From Eledone cirrhosa (lineage: Eukaryota): a DNA stretch of 64,000 bases. The notes under the pieces are model-generated. The model made no database searches. It was given only the letters and a program-made list of their open reading frames with translations, and had not been told where the DNA came from. Shown piece by piece: positions 1 through 13,304 of this stretch; the first letter of the stretch is position 1; each line of letters begins with the position of its first letter. The translations under genes and the position numbers were made by a program. The DNA is taken from NCBI GenBank assembly GCA_964016885.1, contig OZ024741.1:258602001-258666000 (forward strand), read 5' to 3'.

Positions 1-3000
1 GTGTTGTTGTAGTTGTTGCTGTTTTCTGTGTCAGTGCCAGTGTTGTTGTAGTTGTTGCTGTTTTCTCTGTCAGTGCCAGTGTTGTTGTAGTTGTTGCTGT
101 TTTCTGTGTCAGTGCCAGTGTTGTTGTAGTTGTTGCTGTTTTCTCTTTCAGTGCCAGTGTTGTTGTAGTTGTTGCTGTTTTCTCTGTCAGTGCCAGTGTT
201 GTTGTAGTTGTTGCTGTTTTCTGTGTCAGTGCCAGTGTTGTTGTAGTTGTTGCTGTTTTCTGTGTCAGTGCCAGTGTTGTTGTTGTTGCTGTTTTCTCTG
301 GCAGTGCCAGTGTTGTTGTTGCTGTTTTCTCTGTCAATGCCAGTGTTGTTGTAGTTGTTGCTGTTTTCTGTGTCAGTGCCAGTGTTGTTGTAGTTGTTGC
401 TGTTTTCTCTGTCAGTGCCAGTGTTGTTGTAGTTGTTGCTGTTTTCTGTGTCAGTGCCAGTGTTGTTGTTGTTGTTGCTGTTTTCTCTGTCAGTGCCAGT
501 GTTGTTGTAGTTGTTGCTGTTTTCTCTGTCAGTGCCAGTTTTGTTGTAGTTGTTGCTGTTTTCTGTGTCAGTGCCAGTGTTGTTGTAGTTGTTGCTGTTT
601 TCTCTGTCAGTGCCAGTGTTGTTGTTGCTGTTTTCTCTGTCAGTGCCAGTGTTGTAGTTGTTGCTGTTTTCTCTGTCAGTGCCAGTGTTGTTGTTGTTGC
701 TGTTTTCTCTGTCAGTGCCAGTGTTGTTGTTGTTTTCTCTGTCAGTGCCAGTGTTGTTGTTGTTGCTGTTTTCTGTGTCAGTGCCATTGTTATTGCTGTT
801 GTTGCTGTTTTCTGAGTCAGTGCCAGTGTTGTTGTTGTAGTTGTTGCTGTTTTCTGTGTCAGTGCCAGTGTTGTTGTTGTTGCTGTTTTCTCTGTCAGTG
901 CCAGTGTTGTTGTAGTTGTTGCTGTTTTCTCTGTCAGTGCCAGTGTTGTTGTAGTTGTTGCTGTTTTCTGTGTCAGTGCCGGTGTTGTTGTTTCTGTTTT
1001 CTCTGTCAGTGCCAGTGTTGTTGTTGTTGCTGTTTTCTGTGTCAGTGCCAGTGTTGTTGTTGTTGCTGTTTTCTGTGTCAGTGCCGGTGTTGTTGTTGTT
1101 GCTGTTTTCTGTGTCAGTGCCAGTGTCGTTGTTTTTGCTGTTTTCTGTGTCAGTGCCAGTGTTGTTGTTGCTGTTTTCTGTGTCAGTGCCAGTGTTGTTG
1201 TTGTTGCTGTTTTCTGTGTCAGTGCCAGTGTTGTTGTAGTTGTTGCTGTTTTCTGTGTCAGTGCCAGTGTTGTTGTAGTTGTTGCTGTTTTCTGTGTCAG
1301 TGCCAGTGTTGTTGTAGTTGTTGCTGTTTTCTCTGTCAGTGCCAGTGTTGTTGTAGTTGTTGCTGTTTTCTGTGTCAGTGCCAGTGCTGTTGTTGTTGCT
1401 GTTTTCTCTGTCAGTGCCAGGTTTGTTGTAGTTGTTGCTGTTTTCTGTGTCAGTGCCAGTGTTGTTGTAGTTGTTGCTGTTTTCTCTGTCAGTGCCAGTG
1501 TTGTTGTTGCTGTTTTCTCTGTCAGTGCCAGTGTTGTAGTTGTTGATGTTTTCTCTGTCAGTGCCAGTGTTGTTGTTGTTACTGTTTTCTCTGTCAGTGT
1601 TGTTGTTGCTATTTTCACTGTCAGTGCCAGTGTTGTTGTTGTTGCTGTTTTCTGTGTCAGTGCCAGTGTTGTTGTTGTTGCTGTTTTCTGTGTCAGTGCC
1701 AGTGTTCTTGTTGTTACTGTTGCTGTTTTCTGTGTCAGTGCCAGTCTTGTTGTTGTTACTGTTGCTGTTTTCTGTGCCAGAGCCAGTGTTATTGTTGCTG
1801 CTGTTGCTGTTTTCTGTGTCAGTGCCACTGTTGTTATTGCTGTTGTTGCTGTTTTCTGTGTCAGTGCCAGTGTTGTTGTTGCTGTTGTTGCTGTTTTCTG
1901 TGTCAGTGTCAGTGTTGTTGTTGCTGTTGTTGCTGTTTTCCGTGCCAGTGTTGTTGTAGTTGTTGCTGTTTTCTGTGTCAGTGCCAGTGTTCTTGCTGTT
2001 GCTGTTTTCTGTGTCAGTGCCAGTGTTGTTGTTGTTACTGTTGCTGTTTTCTGTGTCAGTTCCAGTGTTGTTGTTGCTGTTGCTGTTTTCTGTGCCAGTG
2101 CCAGTGTTATTGTTGCTGTTGTTGCTGTTTTCTCTGTCAGTGCCAGTGTTGTTGTAGTTGTTGCTGTTTTCTCTGTCAGTGCCAGTGTTGTTGTAGTTGT
2201 TGCTGTTTTCTGTGTCAGTGCCAGTGTTGTTGTAGTTGTTGCTGTTTTCTCTGTCAGTGACAGTGTTGTTGTTGTTGCTGCTTTCTCTGTCAGTGTCAGT
2301 GTTGTAGTTGTTGCTGTTTTCTCTGTCAGTGCCAGTGTTGTTGTTGTTGTTGCTGTTTTCTGTGTCAGTGCCAGTGTTGTTGTTGTTGCTGTTTTCTGTG
2401 TCAGTGCCAGTGTTGTTGTTGTTGCTGTTTTCTCTGTCAGTGCCAGTGTTGTTGCTGTTGCTATTTTCACTGTCAGTGCCAGTGTTGTTGTTGCTGTTTT
2501 CTGTGTCAGTGCCAGTCTTGTTGTTGTTGCTGTTTTCTGTGTCAGTGCCAGTGTTGTTGTTGTTACTGTTGCTGTTTTCTGTGTCAGTTCCAGTGTTTCT
2601 GTTGCTGTTTTCAGTGCCAGTGTTATTGTTGCTGTTGTTGCTGTTTTCTGTGTCAGTGCCACGGTTGTTGTTGCTGTTGTTGCTGTTTTCTGTGTCAGTG
2701 CCAGTGTTGTTGTTGCTGTTGTTGCTGTTTTCTGTGTCAGTGCCAGTGTTGTTGTTGCTGTTGTTGCTGTTTTCCGTGCCAGTGTTGTTGTAGTTGTTGC
2801 TGTTTTCCGTGCCAGTGCCGGTGTTGTTGTTGTTGCTGTTTTCTCTGTCAGTGCCAGTGTTGTTGTTGTTGCTGTTTTCTGTGTCAGTGCCAGTGTTGTT
2901 GTTGTTGCTGTTTTCTCTGTCAGTGCCAGTGTTGTTGTTGTTGCTGTTTTCTGTGTCAGTGCCAGTGTTGTTGTTGTTGCTGTTTTCTGTGTCAGTGCCA

Positions 3001-4750
3001 GTGTTGTTGTTGTTGCTGTTTTCTCTGTCAGTGCCAGTGTTGTTGTAGTTGTTGCTGTTTTCTCTGTCAGTGCCAGTGTTGTTGTAGTTGTTGCTGTTTT
3101 CTGTGTCAGTGCCGGTGTTGTTGTTGTTGCTGTTTTCTCTGTCAGTGCCAGTGTTGTTGTTGTTGCTGTTTTCTCTGTCAGTGCCAGTGTTGTTGTTGCT
3201 GTATTCTGTGTCAGTGCCAGTGTTGTTGTTGTTGCTGTTTTCTGTGTCAGTGCCAGTGTTGTTGTAGTTGTTGCTGTTTTCTGTGTCAGTGCCAGTGTTG
3301 TTGTAGTTGTTGCTGTTTTCTGTGTCAGTGCCAGTGTTGTTGTAGTTGTTGCTGTTTTCTCTGTCAGTGCCAGTGTTGTTGTAGTTGTTGCTGTTTTCTG
3401 TGTCAGTGCCAGTGTTGTTGTAGTTGTTGCTGTTTTCTCTTTCAGTGCCAGTGTTGTTGTAGTTGTTGCTGTTTTCTCTGTCAGTGCCAGTGTTGTTGTA
3501 GTTGTTGCTGTTTTCTGTGTCAGTGCCAGTGTTGTTGTTGTTGTTGCTGTTTTCTCTGGCAGTGCCAGTGTTGTTGTTGCTGTTTTCTCTGTCAATGCCA
3601 GTGTTGTTGTAGTTGTTGCTGTTTTCTGTGTCAGTGCCAGTGTTGTTGTAGTTGTTGCTGTTTTCTCTGTCAGTGCCAGTGTTGTTGTAGTTGTTGCTGT
3701 TTTCTGTGTCAGTGCCAGTGTTGTTGTTGTTGCTGTTTTCTCTGTCAGTGCCAGTGTTGTTGTAGTTGTTGCTGTTTTCTCTGTCAGTGCCAGTTTTGTT
3801 GTAGTTGTTGCTGTTTTCTGTGTCAGTGCCAGTGTTGTTGTAGTTGTTGCTGTTTTCTCTGTCAGTGCCAGTGTTGTTGTTGCTGTTTTCTCTGTCAGTG
3901 CCAGTGTTGTAGTTGTTGCTGTTTTCTCTGTCAGTGCCAGTGTTGTTGTTGTTGCTGTTTTCTCTGTCAGTGCCAGTGTTGTTGTTGTTTTCTCTGTCAG
4001 TGCCAGTGTTGTTGTTGTTGCTGTTTTCTGTGTCAGTGCCATTGTTATTGCTGTTGTTGCTGTTTTCTGTGTCAGTGCCAGTGTTGTTGTTGCTGTTGTT
4101 GCTGTTTTCTGTGTCAGTGCCAGTGTTGTTGCTGTTGCTGTTTTCTCTGTCAGTGCCAGTGTTGTTGTAGTTGTTACTGTTTTATCTGTCAGTGCCAGTG
4201 TTGTAGTTGTTGCTGTTTTCTGTGTCAGTGCCAGTGTTGTTGTTGTTGCTGTTTTCTCTGTCAGTGACAGTGTTGTTGTAGTTGTTGCTGTTTTCTCTGT
4301 CAGTGCCAGTGTTGTTGTAGTTGTTGCTGTTTTCTGTGTCAGTGCCGGTGTTGTTGTTGTTGCTGTTTTCTCTGTCAGTGCCAGTGTTGTTGTTGTTGCT
4401 GTTTTCTGTGTCAGTGCCAGTGTTGTTGTTGTTGCTGTTTTCTGTGTCAGTGCCGGTGTTGTTGTTGTTGCTGTTTTCTGTGTCAGTGCCAGTGTCGTTG
4501 TTGTTGCTGTTTTCTGTGTCAGTGCCAGTGTTGTTGTTGCTGTTTTCTGTGTCAGTGCCAGTGTTGTTGTTGTTGCTGTTTTCTGTGTCAGTGCCAGTGT
4601 TGTTGTAGTTGTTGCTGTTTTCTGTGTCAGTGCCAGTGTTGTTGTAGTTGTTGCTGTTTTCTGTGTCAGTGCCAGTGTTGTTGTAGTTGTTGCTGTTTTC
4701 TCTGTCAGTGCCAGTGTTGTTGTAGTTGTTGCTGTTTTCTGTGTCAGTGC
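1..4750. repeat. Higher-order duplication of about 3.3 kb spacing: ~1-1380 is repeated at ~3300-4750
   Basis: Rare markers occur in the same order in both copies: TCTCTTTCAG (~147, ~3441), TCTGGCAG (~300, ~3558), GTCAATGCC (~333, ~3591), GCCATTGTTATT (~783, ~4038) and GTGTCGTTG (~1123, ~4492). Confidence 0.8.
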
Positions 4751-7700
4751 CAGTGTTGTTGTAGTTGTTGCTGTTTTCTCTTTGAGTGCCAGTGTTGTTG
4801 TAGTTGTTGCTGTTTTCTCTGTCAGTGCCAGTATTGTTGTAGTTGTTGCTGTTTTCTGTGTCAGTGCCAGTGTTGTTGTTGCTGTTTTCTCTGTCAGTGC
4901 CAGTGTTGTTGTAGTTGTTGCTGTTTTCTGTGTCAGTGCCAGTGTTGTTGTAGTTGTTGCTGTTTTCTCTGTCAGTGCCAGTGTTGTTGTAGTTGTTGCT
5001 GTTTTCTGTGTCAGTGCCAGTGTTGTTGTTGTTGCTGTTTTCTCTGTCAGTGCCAGTGTTGTTGTGGTTGTTGCTGTTTTCTCTGTCAGTGCCAGTTTTG
5101 TTGTAGTTGTTGCTGTTTTCTCTGTCAGTGCCAGTGTTGTTGTTGCTGTTTTCTCTGTCAGTGCCAGTGTTGTAGTTGTTGATGTTTTCTCTGTCAGTGC
5201 CAGTGTTGTAGTTGTTGATGTTTTCTCTGTCAGTGCCAGTGTTGTTGTTGTTGCTATTTTCACTGTCAGTGCCAGTGTTGTTGTTGTTGCTATTTTCACT
5301 GTCAGTGCCAGTGTTGTTGTTGTTGCTGTTTTCTGTGTCAGTGCCAGTGTTGTAGTTGTTGCTGTTTTCTGTGTCAGTGCCAGTGTTGTTGTTGTTACTG
5401 TTGCTGTTTTCTGTGTCAGTGCCAGTCTTGTTGTTGTTACTGTTGCTGTTTTCTGTGCCAGAGCCAGTGTTATTGTTGCTGTTGTTGCTGTTTATGTGTC
5501 AGTGCCACTGTTGTTGTTGCTGTTGTTGCTGTTTTCTGTTTCAGTGCCAGTGTTGTTGTTGCTGTTGTTGCTGTTTTCTGTGTCAGTGCCAGTGTTGTTG
5601 TTGCTGTTATTGCTGTTTTCCGTGCCAGTGTTGTTGTAGTTGTTGCTGTTTTCTGTGTCAGTGCCAGTGTTCTTGCTGTTGCTGTTTTCTGTGTCAGTGC
5701 CAGTGTTGTTGTTGTTACTGTTGCTGTTTTCTGTGTCAGTTCCAGTGTTGTTGTTGCTGTTGCTGTTTTCTGTGCCAGTGCCAGTGTTATTGTTGCTGTT
5801 GTTGCTGTTTTCTCTGTCAGTGCCAGTGTTGTTGTAGTTGTTGCTGTTTTCTCTGTCAGTGCCAGTGTTGTTGTAGTTGTTGCTGTTTTCTGTGTCAGTG
5901 CCAGTGTTGTTGTAGTTGTTGCTGTTTTCTCTGTCAGTGACAGTGTTGTTGTTGTTGCCGCTTTCTCTGTCAGTGTCAGTGTTGTAGTTGTTGCTGTTTT
6001 CTCTGTCAGTGCCAGTGTTGTTGTTGTTGTTGCTGTTTTCTGTGTCAGTGCAAGTGTTGTTGTTGTTGCTGTTTTCTGTGTCAGTGCCAGTGTTGTTGTT
6101 GTTGCTGTTTTCTCTGTCAGTGCCAGTGTTGTTGCTGTTGCTATTTTCACTGTCAGTGCCAGTGTTGTTGTTGCTGTTTTCTGTGTCAGTGCCAGTGTTG
6201 TTGTTGTTGCTGTTTTCTGTGTCAGTGCCAGTGTTGTTGTTGTTACTGTTGCTGTTTTCTGTGTCAGTTCCAGTGTTGCTGTTGCTGTTTTCTGTGCCAG
6301 TGCCAGTGTTATTGTTGCTGTTGTTGCTGTTTTCTGTGTCAGTGCCACGGTTGTTGTTGCTGTTGTTGCTGTTTTCTGTGTCAGTGCCAGTGTTGTTGTT
6401 GCTGTTGTTGCTGTTTTCTGTGTCAGTGCCACTGTTGTTGTTGCTGTTGTTGCTGTTTTCCGTGCCAGTGTTGTTGTAGTTGTTGCTGTTTTCTGTGTCA
6501 GTGCCGGTGTTGTTGTTGTTGCTGTTTTCTGTGTCAGTGCCAGTGCCAGTGTTGTTGTAGTTGTTGCTGTTTTCTGTGTCAGTGCCAGTGTTGTTGTAGT
6601 TGTTGCTGTTTTCTGTGTCAGTGCCAGTGTTGTTGTAGTTGTTGCTGTTTTCTCTGTCAATGCCAGTGTTGTTGTAGTTGTTGCTGTTTTCTCTGTCAGT
6701 GCCAGTGTTGTTGTAGTTGTTGCTGTTTTCTGTGTCAGTGCCAGTGTTGTTGTTGCTGTTTTCTCTGTCAGTGCCAGTGTTGTTGTAGTTGTTGCTGTTT
6801 TCTCTGTCAGTGCCAGTGTTGTTGTAGTTGTTGCTGTTTTCTCTGTCAGTGCCAGGTTTGTTGTAGTTGTTGCTGTTTTCTGTGTCAGTGCCAGTGTTGT
6901 TGTAGTTGTTGCTGTTTTCTCTGTCAGTGCCAGTGTTGTTGTTGCTGTTTTCTCTGCCAGTGCCAGTGTTGTAGTTGTTGATGTTTTCTCTGTCAGTGCC
7001 AGTGTTGTTGTTGTTACTGTTTTCTCTGTCAGTGTTGTTGTTGCTATTTTCACTGTCAGTGCCAGTGTTGTTGTTGTTGCTGTTTTCTGTGTCAGTGCCA
7101 GTGTTGTTGTTGTTGCTGTTTTCTGTGTCAGTGCCAGTGTTGTTGTTGTTACTGTTGCTGTTTTCTGTGTCAGTGCCAGTCTTGTTGTTGTTACTGTTGC
7201 TGTTTTCTGTGCCAGAGCCAGTGTTATTGTTGCTGTTGTTGCTGTTTTCTGTGTCAGTGCCACTGTTGTTGTTGCTGTTGTTGCTGTTTTCTGTGTCAGT
7301 GCCAGTGTTGTTGTTGCTGTTGTTGCTGTTTTCTGTGTCAGTGCCAGTGTTGTTGTTGCTGTTGTTGCTGTTTTCCGTGCCAGTGTTGTTGTAGTTGTTG
7401 CTGTTTTCTGTGTCAGTGCCAGTGTTCTTGCTGTTGCTGTTTTCTGTGTCAGTGCCAGTGTTGTTGTTGTTACTGTTGCTGTTTTCTGTGTCAGTTCCAG
7501 TGTTGTTGTTGTTGTTGCTGTTGCTGTTTTCTGTGCCAGTGCCAGTGTCATTGTTGCTGTTGTTGCTGTTTTCTCTGTCAGTGCCAGTGTTGTTGTAGTT
7601 GTTGCTGTTTTCTCTGTCAGTGCCAGTGTTGTTGTAGTTGTTGCTGTTTTCTGTGTCAGTGCCAGTGTTGTTGTAGTTGTTGCTGTTTTCTCTGTCAGTG

Positions 7701-9879
7701 ACAGTGTTGTTGTTGTTGCTGCTTTCTCTGTCAGTGTCAGTGTTGTAGTTGTTGCTGTTTTCTCTGTCAGTGCCAGTGTTGTTGTTGTTGCTGTTTTCTG
7801 TGTCAGTGCCAGTGTTGTTGTTGTTGCTGTTTTCTGTGTCAGTGCCAGTGTTGTTGTTGTTGCTGTTTTCTCTGTCAGTGCCAGTGTTGTTGCTGTTGCT
7901 ATTTTCACTGTCAGTGCCAGTGTTGTTGTTGCTGTTTTCTGTGTCAGTGCCAGTCTTGTTGTTGTTGCTGTTTTCTGTGTCAGTGCCAGTGTTGTTGTTG
8001 TTACTGTTGCTGTTTTCTGTGTCAGTTCCAGTGTTTCTGTTGCTGTTTTCTGTGCCAGTGCCAGTGTTATTGTTGCTGTTGTTGCTGTTTTCTGTGTCAG
8101 TGCCACGGTTGTTGTTGCTGTTGTTGCTGTTTTCTGTGTCAGTGCCAGTGTTGTTGTTGCTGTTGTTGCTGTTTTCTGTGTCAGTGCCAGTGCTGTTGTT
8201 GCTGTTGTTGCTGTTTTCCGTGCCAGTGTTGTTGTAGTTGTTGCTGTTTTCTGTGTCAGTGCCGGTGTTGTTGTTGTTGCTGTTTTCTCTGTCAGTGCCA
8301 GTGTTGTTGTTGTTGCTGTTTTCTGTGTCAGTGCCAGTGTTGTTGTTGTTGCTGTTTTCTGTGTCAGTGCCAGTGTTGTTGTTGTTGCTGTTTTCTCTGT
8401 CAGTGCCAGTGTTGTTGTTGTTGCTGTTTTCTGTGTCAGTGCCAGTGTTGTTGTTGTTGCTGTTTTCTCTGTCAGTGCCAGTGTTGTTGTTGTTGCTGTT
8501 TTCTGTGTCAGTGCCAGTGTTGTTGTTGTTGCTGTTTTCTGTGTCAGTGCCAGTGTTGTTGTTGTTGCTGTTTTCTCTGTCAGTGCCAGTGTTGTTGTAG
8601 TTGTTGCTGTTTTCTCTGTCAGTGCCAGTGTTGTTGTAGTTGTTGCTGTTTTCTGTGTCAGTGCCGGTGTTGTTGTTGTTGCTGTTTTCTCTGTCAGTGC
8701 CAGTGTTGTTGTTGTTGCTGTTTTCTCTGTCAGTGCCAGTGTTGTTGTTGCTGTTTTCTGTGTCAGTGCCAGTGTTGTTGTTGTTGCTGTTTTCTCTTTC
8801 AGTGCCAGTGTTGTTGTAGTTGTTGCTGTTTTCTCTGTCAGTGCCAGTGTTGTTGTAGTTGTTGCTGTTTTCTGTGTCAGTGCCAGTGTTGTTGTAGTTG
8901 TTGCTGTTTTCTCTGTCAGTGCCAGTGTTGTTGTAGTTGTTGCTGTTTTCTGTGTCAGTGCCAGTGTTGTTGTTGTTGCTGTTTTCTCTGTCAGTGCCAG
9001 TGTTGTTGTAGTTGTTGCTGTTTTCTCTGTCAGTGACAGTTTTGTTGTAGTTGTTGCTGTTTTCTCTGTCAGTGCCAGTGTTGTTGTTGCTGTTTTCTCT
9101 GTCAGTGCCAGTGTTGTAGTTGTTGATGTTTTCTCTGTCAGTGCCACTGTTGTTGTTGTTGCTGTTTTCTCTGTCAGTGTTGTTGTTGTTGCTATTTTCA
9201 CTGTCAGTGCCAGTGTTGTTGTTGTTGCTGTTTTCTGTGTCAGTGCCAGTGTTGTTGTTGTTGCTGTTTTCTGTGTCAGTGCCAGTGTTGTTGTTGTTAC
9301 TGTTGCTGTTTTCTGTGTCAGTGCCAGTGTTGTTGTTGTTACTGTTGCTGTTTTCTGTGCCAGAGCCAGTGTTATTGTTGCTGTTGTTGCTGTTTTCTGT
9401 GTCAGTGCCACTGTTGTTGTTGCTGTTGTTGCTGTTTTCTGTGTCAGTGCCAGTGTTGTTGTTGCTGTTGTTGCTGTTTTCTGTGTCAGTGCCAGTGTTG
9501 TTGGTGCTGTTGTTGCTGTTTTCCGTGCCAGTGTTGTTGTAGTTGTTGCTGTTTTCTGTGTCAGTGCCAGTGTTCTTGCTGTTGCTGTTTTCTGTGTCAG
9601 TGCCAGTGTTTTTGTTGTTACTGTTGCTGTTTTCTGTGTCAGTTCCAGTGTTGTTGTTGTTGTTGCTGTTGCTGTTTTCTGTGCCAGTGCCAGTGTTATT
9701 GTTGCTGTTGTTGCTGTTTTCTCTGTCAGTGCCAGTGTTGTTGTAGTTGTTGCTGTTTTCTCTGTCAGTGCCAGTGTTGTTGTAGTTGTTGCTGTTTTCT
9801 GTGTCAGTGCCAGTGTTGTTGTAGTTGTTGCTGTTTTCTCTGTCAGTGACAGTGTTGTTGTTGTTGCTGCTTTCTCTGT

Positions 9880-12800
9880 CAGTGTCAGTGTTGTAGTTGT
9901 TGCTGTTTTCTCTGTCAGTGCCAGTGTTGTTGTTGTTGTTGCTGTTTTCTGTGTCAGTGCGAGTGTTGTTGTTGTTGTTGTTTTCTGTGTCAGTGCCAGT
10001 GTTGTTGTTGTTGCTGTTTTCTCTGTCAGTGCCAGTGTTGTTGCTGTTGCTATTTTCACTGTCAGTGCCAGTGTTGTTGTTGCTGTTTTCTGTGTCAGTG
10101 CCAGTCTTGTTGTTGTTGCTGTTTTCTGTGTCAGTGCCAGTGTTGTTGTTGTTACTGTTGCTGTTTTCTGTGTCAGTTCCAGTGTTTCTGTTGCTGTTTT
10201 CTGTGCCAGTGCCAGTGTTTTTGTTGCTGTTGTTGCTGTTTTCTGTGTCAGTGCCACGGTTGTTGTTGCTGTTTTCTGTGACAATGCCAGTGTTGTTGTT
10301 GCTGTTGTTGCTGTTTTCTGTGTCAGTGCCAGTGTTGTTGTTGCTGTTGTTGCTGTTTTCCGTGCCAGTGTTGTTGTAGTTGTTGCTGTTTTCTGTGTCA
10401 GTGCCGGTGTTGTTGTTGTTGCTGTTTTCTCTGTCAGTGCCAGTGTTGTTGTTGTTGCTGTTTTCTGTGTCGGTGCCAGTGTTGTTGTAGTTGTTGCTGT
10501 TTTCTGTGTCAGTGACAGTGTTGTTGTAGTTGTTGCTGTTTTCTCTGTCAGTGCCAGTGTTGTTGTAGTTGTTGCTGTTTTCTCTGTCAGTGCCAGTGTT
10601 GTTGTAGTTGTTGTTGTTTTCTGTGTCAGTGCCAGTGTTGTTGTTGCTGTTTTCTCTGTCAGTGCCAGTGTTGTTGTAGTTGTTGCTGTTTTCTGTGTCA
10701 GTGCCAGTGTTGTTGTAGTTGTTGCTGTTTTCTCTGTCAGTGCCAGTGTTGTTGTAGTTGTTGCTGTTTTCTGTGTCAGTGCCAGTGTTGTTGCTGTTGC
10801 TGTTTTCTCTGTCAGTGCCAGTGTTGTTGTAGTTGTTGCTGTTTTCTCTGTCAATGCCTGTGTTGTAGTTGTTGCTGTTTTCTGTGTCAGTGCCAGTGTT
10901 GTTGTTGTTGTTGCTGTTTTCTGTGTCAGTGCCGTTGTTGTTGTTGTTGCTGTTTTCTCTGTCAGTGCCAGTGTTTTTGTTGTTGCTGTTTTCTGAGTCA
11001 GTGCCAGTGTGTTTGTTGTTGCTGTTTTCTATGTCAGTGCCAGTGTTGTTGCTGTTGTTGCTGTTTTCTGTGTCAGTGCCAGTGTTGTTGTAGTTGTTGC
11101 TTTTTTCAGTGTCAGTGCCAGTGTTGTTGTAGTTGTTGCTGTTTTCTCTGTCAGTGCCAGTTTTGTTGTAGTTGTTGCTGTTTTCTGTGTCAGTGCCAGT
11201 GTTGTTGTAGTTGTTGCTGTTTTCTCTGTCAGTGCCAGTGTTGTTGTTGTTGCTATTTTCACTGTCAGTGCCAGTGTTGTTGTTGTTACTGTTGCTGTTT
11301 TCTGTGTCAGTGCCAGAATTGTTGTTGTTACTGTTGCTGTTTTCTGTGCCAGTGTTATTGTTGATGTTGTTGCTGTTTTGTCTGTCAGTGCCAGTGTTGT
11401 AGTTGTTGCTGTTTTCTCTGTCAGTGCCAGTGTTGTTGTTGTTGTTGCTGTTTTCTGTGTCAGTGCGAGTGTTGTTGTTGTTGTTGTTTTCTGTGTCAGT
11501 GCCAGTGTTGTTGTTGTTGCTGTTTTCTCTGTCAGTGCCAGTGTTGTTGCTGTTGCTATTTTCACTGTCAGTGCCAGTGTTGTTGTTGCTGTTTTCTGTG
11601 TCAGTGCCAGTCTTGTTGTTGTTGCTGTTTTCTGTGTCAGTGCCAGTGTTGTTGTTGTTACTGTTGCTGTTTTCTGTGTCAGTTCCAGTGTTTCTGTTGC
11701 TGTTTTCTGTGCCAGTGCCAGTGTTTTTGTTGCTGTTGTTGCTGTTTTCTGTGTCAGTGCCACGGTTGTTGTTGCTGTTGTTGCTGTTTTCTGTGACAAT
11801 GCCAGTGTTGTTGTTGCTGTTGTTGCTGTTTTCTGTGTCAGTGCCAGTGTTGTTGTTGCTGCTGTTGCTGTTTTCCGTGCCAGTGTTGTTGTAGTTGTTG
11901 CTGTTTTCTGTGTCAGTGCCGGTGTTGTTGTTGTTGCTGTTTTCTCTGTCAGTGCCAGTGTTGTTGTTGTTGCTGTTTTCTGTGTCGGTGCCAGTGTTGT
12001 TGTAGTTGTTGCTGTTTTCTGTGTCAGTGCCAGTGTTGTTGTAGTTGTTGCTGTTTTCTGTGTCAGTGCCAGTGTTGTTGTAGTTGTTGCTGTTTTCTCT
12101 GTCAGTGCCAGTGTTGTTGTAATTGTTGCTGTTTTCTCTGTCAGTGCCAGTGTTGTTGTAGTTGTTGCTGTTTTCTGTGTCAGTGCCAGTGTTGTTGTTG
12201 CTGTTTTCTCTGTCAGTGCCAGTGTTGTTGTAGTTGTTGCTGTTTTCTGTGTCAGTGCCAGTGTTGTTGTAGTTGTTGCTGTTTTCTCTGTCAGTGCCAG
12301 TGTTGTTGTAGTTGTTGCTGTTTTCTGTGTCAGGGCCAGTGTTGTTGCTGTTGCTGTTTTCTCTGTCAGTGCCAGTGTTGTTGTAGTTGTTGCTGTTTTC
12401 TCTGTCAATGCCAGTGTTGTAGTTGTTGCTGTTTTCTGTGTCAGTGCCAGTGTTGTTGTTGTTGCTGTTTTCTCTGTCAGCGCCAGTGTTGTTGTAGTTG
12501 TTGCTGTTTTCTCTGTCAGTGCCAGTGTTGTTGTAGTTGTTGCTGTTTTCTGTGTCAGTGCCGGTGTTGTTGTTGTTGCTGTTTTCTCTGTCAGTGCCAG
12601 TGTTTTTGTTGTTGCTGTTTTCTGTGTCAGTGCCAGTGTGTTTGTTGTTGCTGTTTTCTATGTCAGTGCCAGTGTTGTTGCTGTTGTTGCTGTTTTCTGT
12701 GTCAGTGCCAGTGTTGTTGTAGTTGTTGCTTTTTTCAGTGTCAGTGCCAGTGTTGTTGTAGTTGTTGCTGTTTTCTCTGTCAGTGCCAGTTTTGTTGTAG

Positions 12801-13040
12801 TTGTTGCTGTTTTCTGTGTCAGTGCCAGTGTTGTTGTAGTTGTTGCTGTTTTCTCTGTCAGTGCCAGTGTTGTTGTTGTTGCTATTTTCACTGTCAGTGC
12901 CAGTGTTGTTGTTGTTACTGTTGCTGTTTTCTGCGTCAGTGCCAGAATTGTTGTTGTTACTGTTGCTGTTTTCTGTGCCAGTGTTATTGTTGCTGTTGTT
13001 GCTGTTTTGTCTGTCAGTGCCAGTGTTGTAGTTGTTGCTG
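9880..13040. repeat. Duplicated blocks with offsets of about 1.5 kb and 1629 bp
   Basis: GTGCGAGTG (~9957/11463), GTGACAATG (~10278/11793) and GTCGGTGCC (~10469/11984) each occur twice. TTCTATGTC occurs at 11029 and 12658. Confidence 0.8.
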
Positions 13041-13304
13041 TTTTCTCTGTCAGTGCCAGTGTTGTTGTAGTTGTTGCTGTTTTCTGTGTCAGTGCCAGTG
13101 TTGTTGTTGTTGCTGTTTTCTGTGTCAGTGCCAGTGTTGTTGTTGTTGCTATTTTCACTGTCAGTGACAGTGTTGTTGCTGTTGCTGTTTTCTCTGTCAG
13201 TGCCAGTAATGTTGTAGTTGTTGCTGTTTTCTGTGTTAGTGCCAGTGTTGTTGTAGTTGTTGCTGTTTTCTGTGTCAGTGCCAGTGTTGTTGCTGTTGCT
13301 GTTT

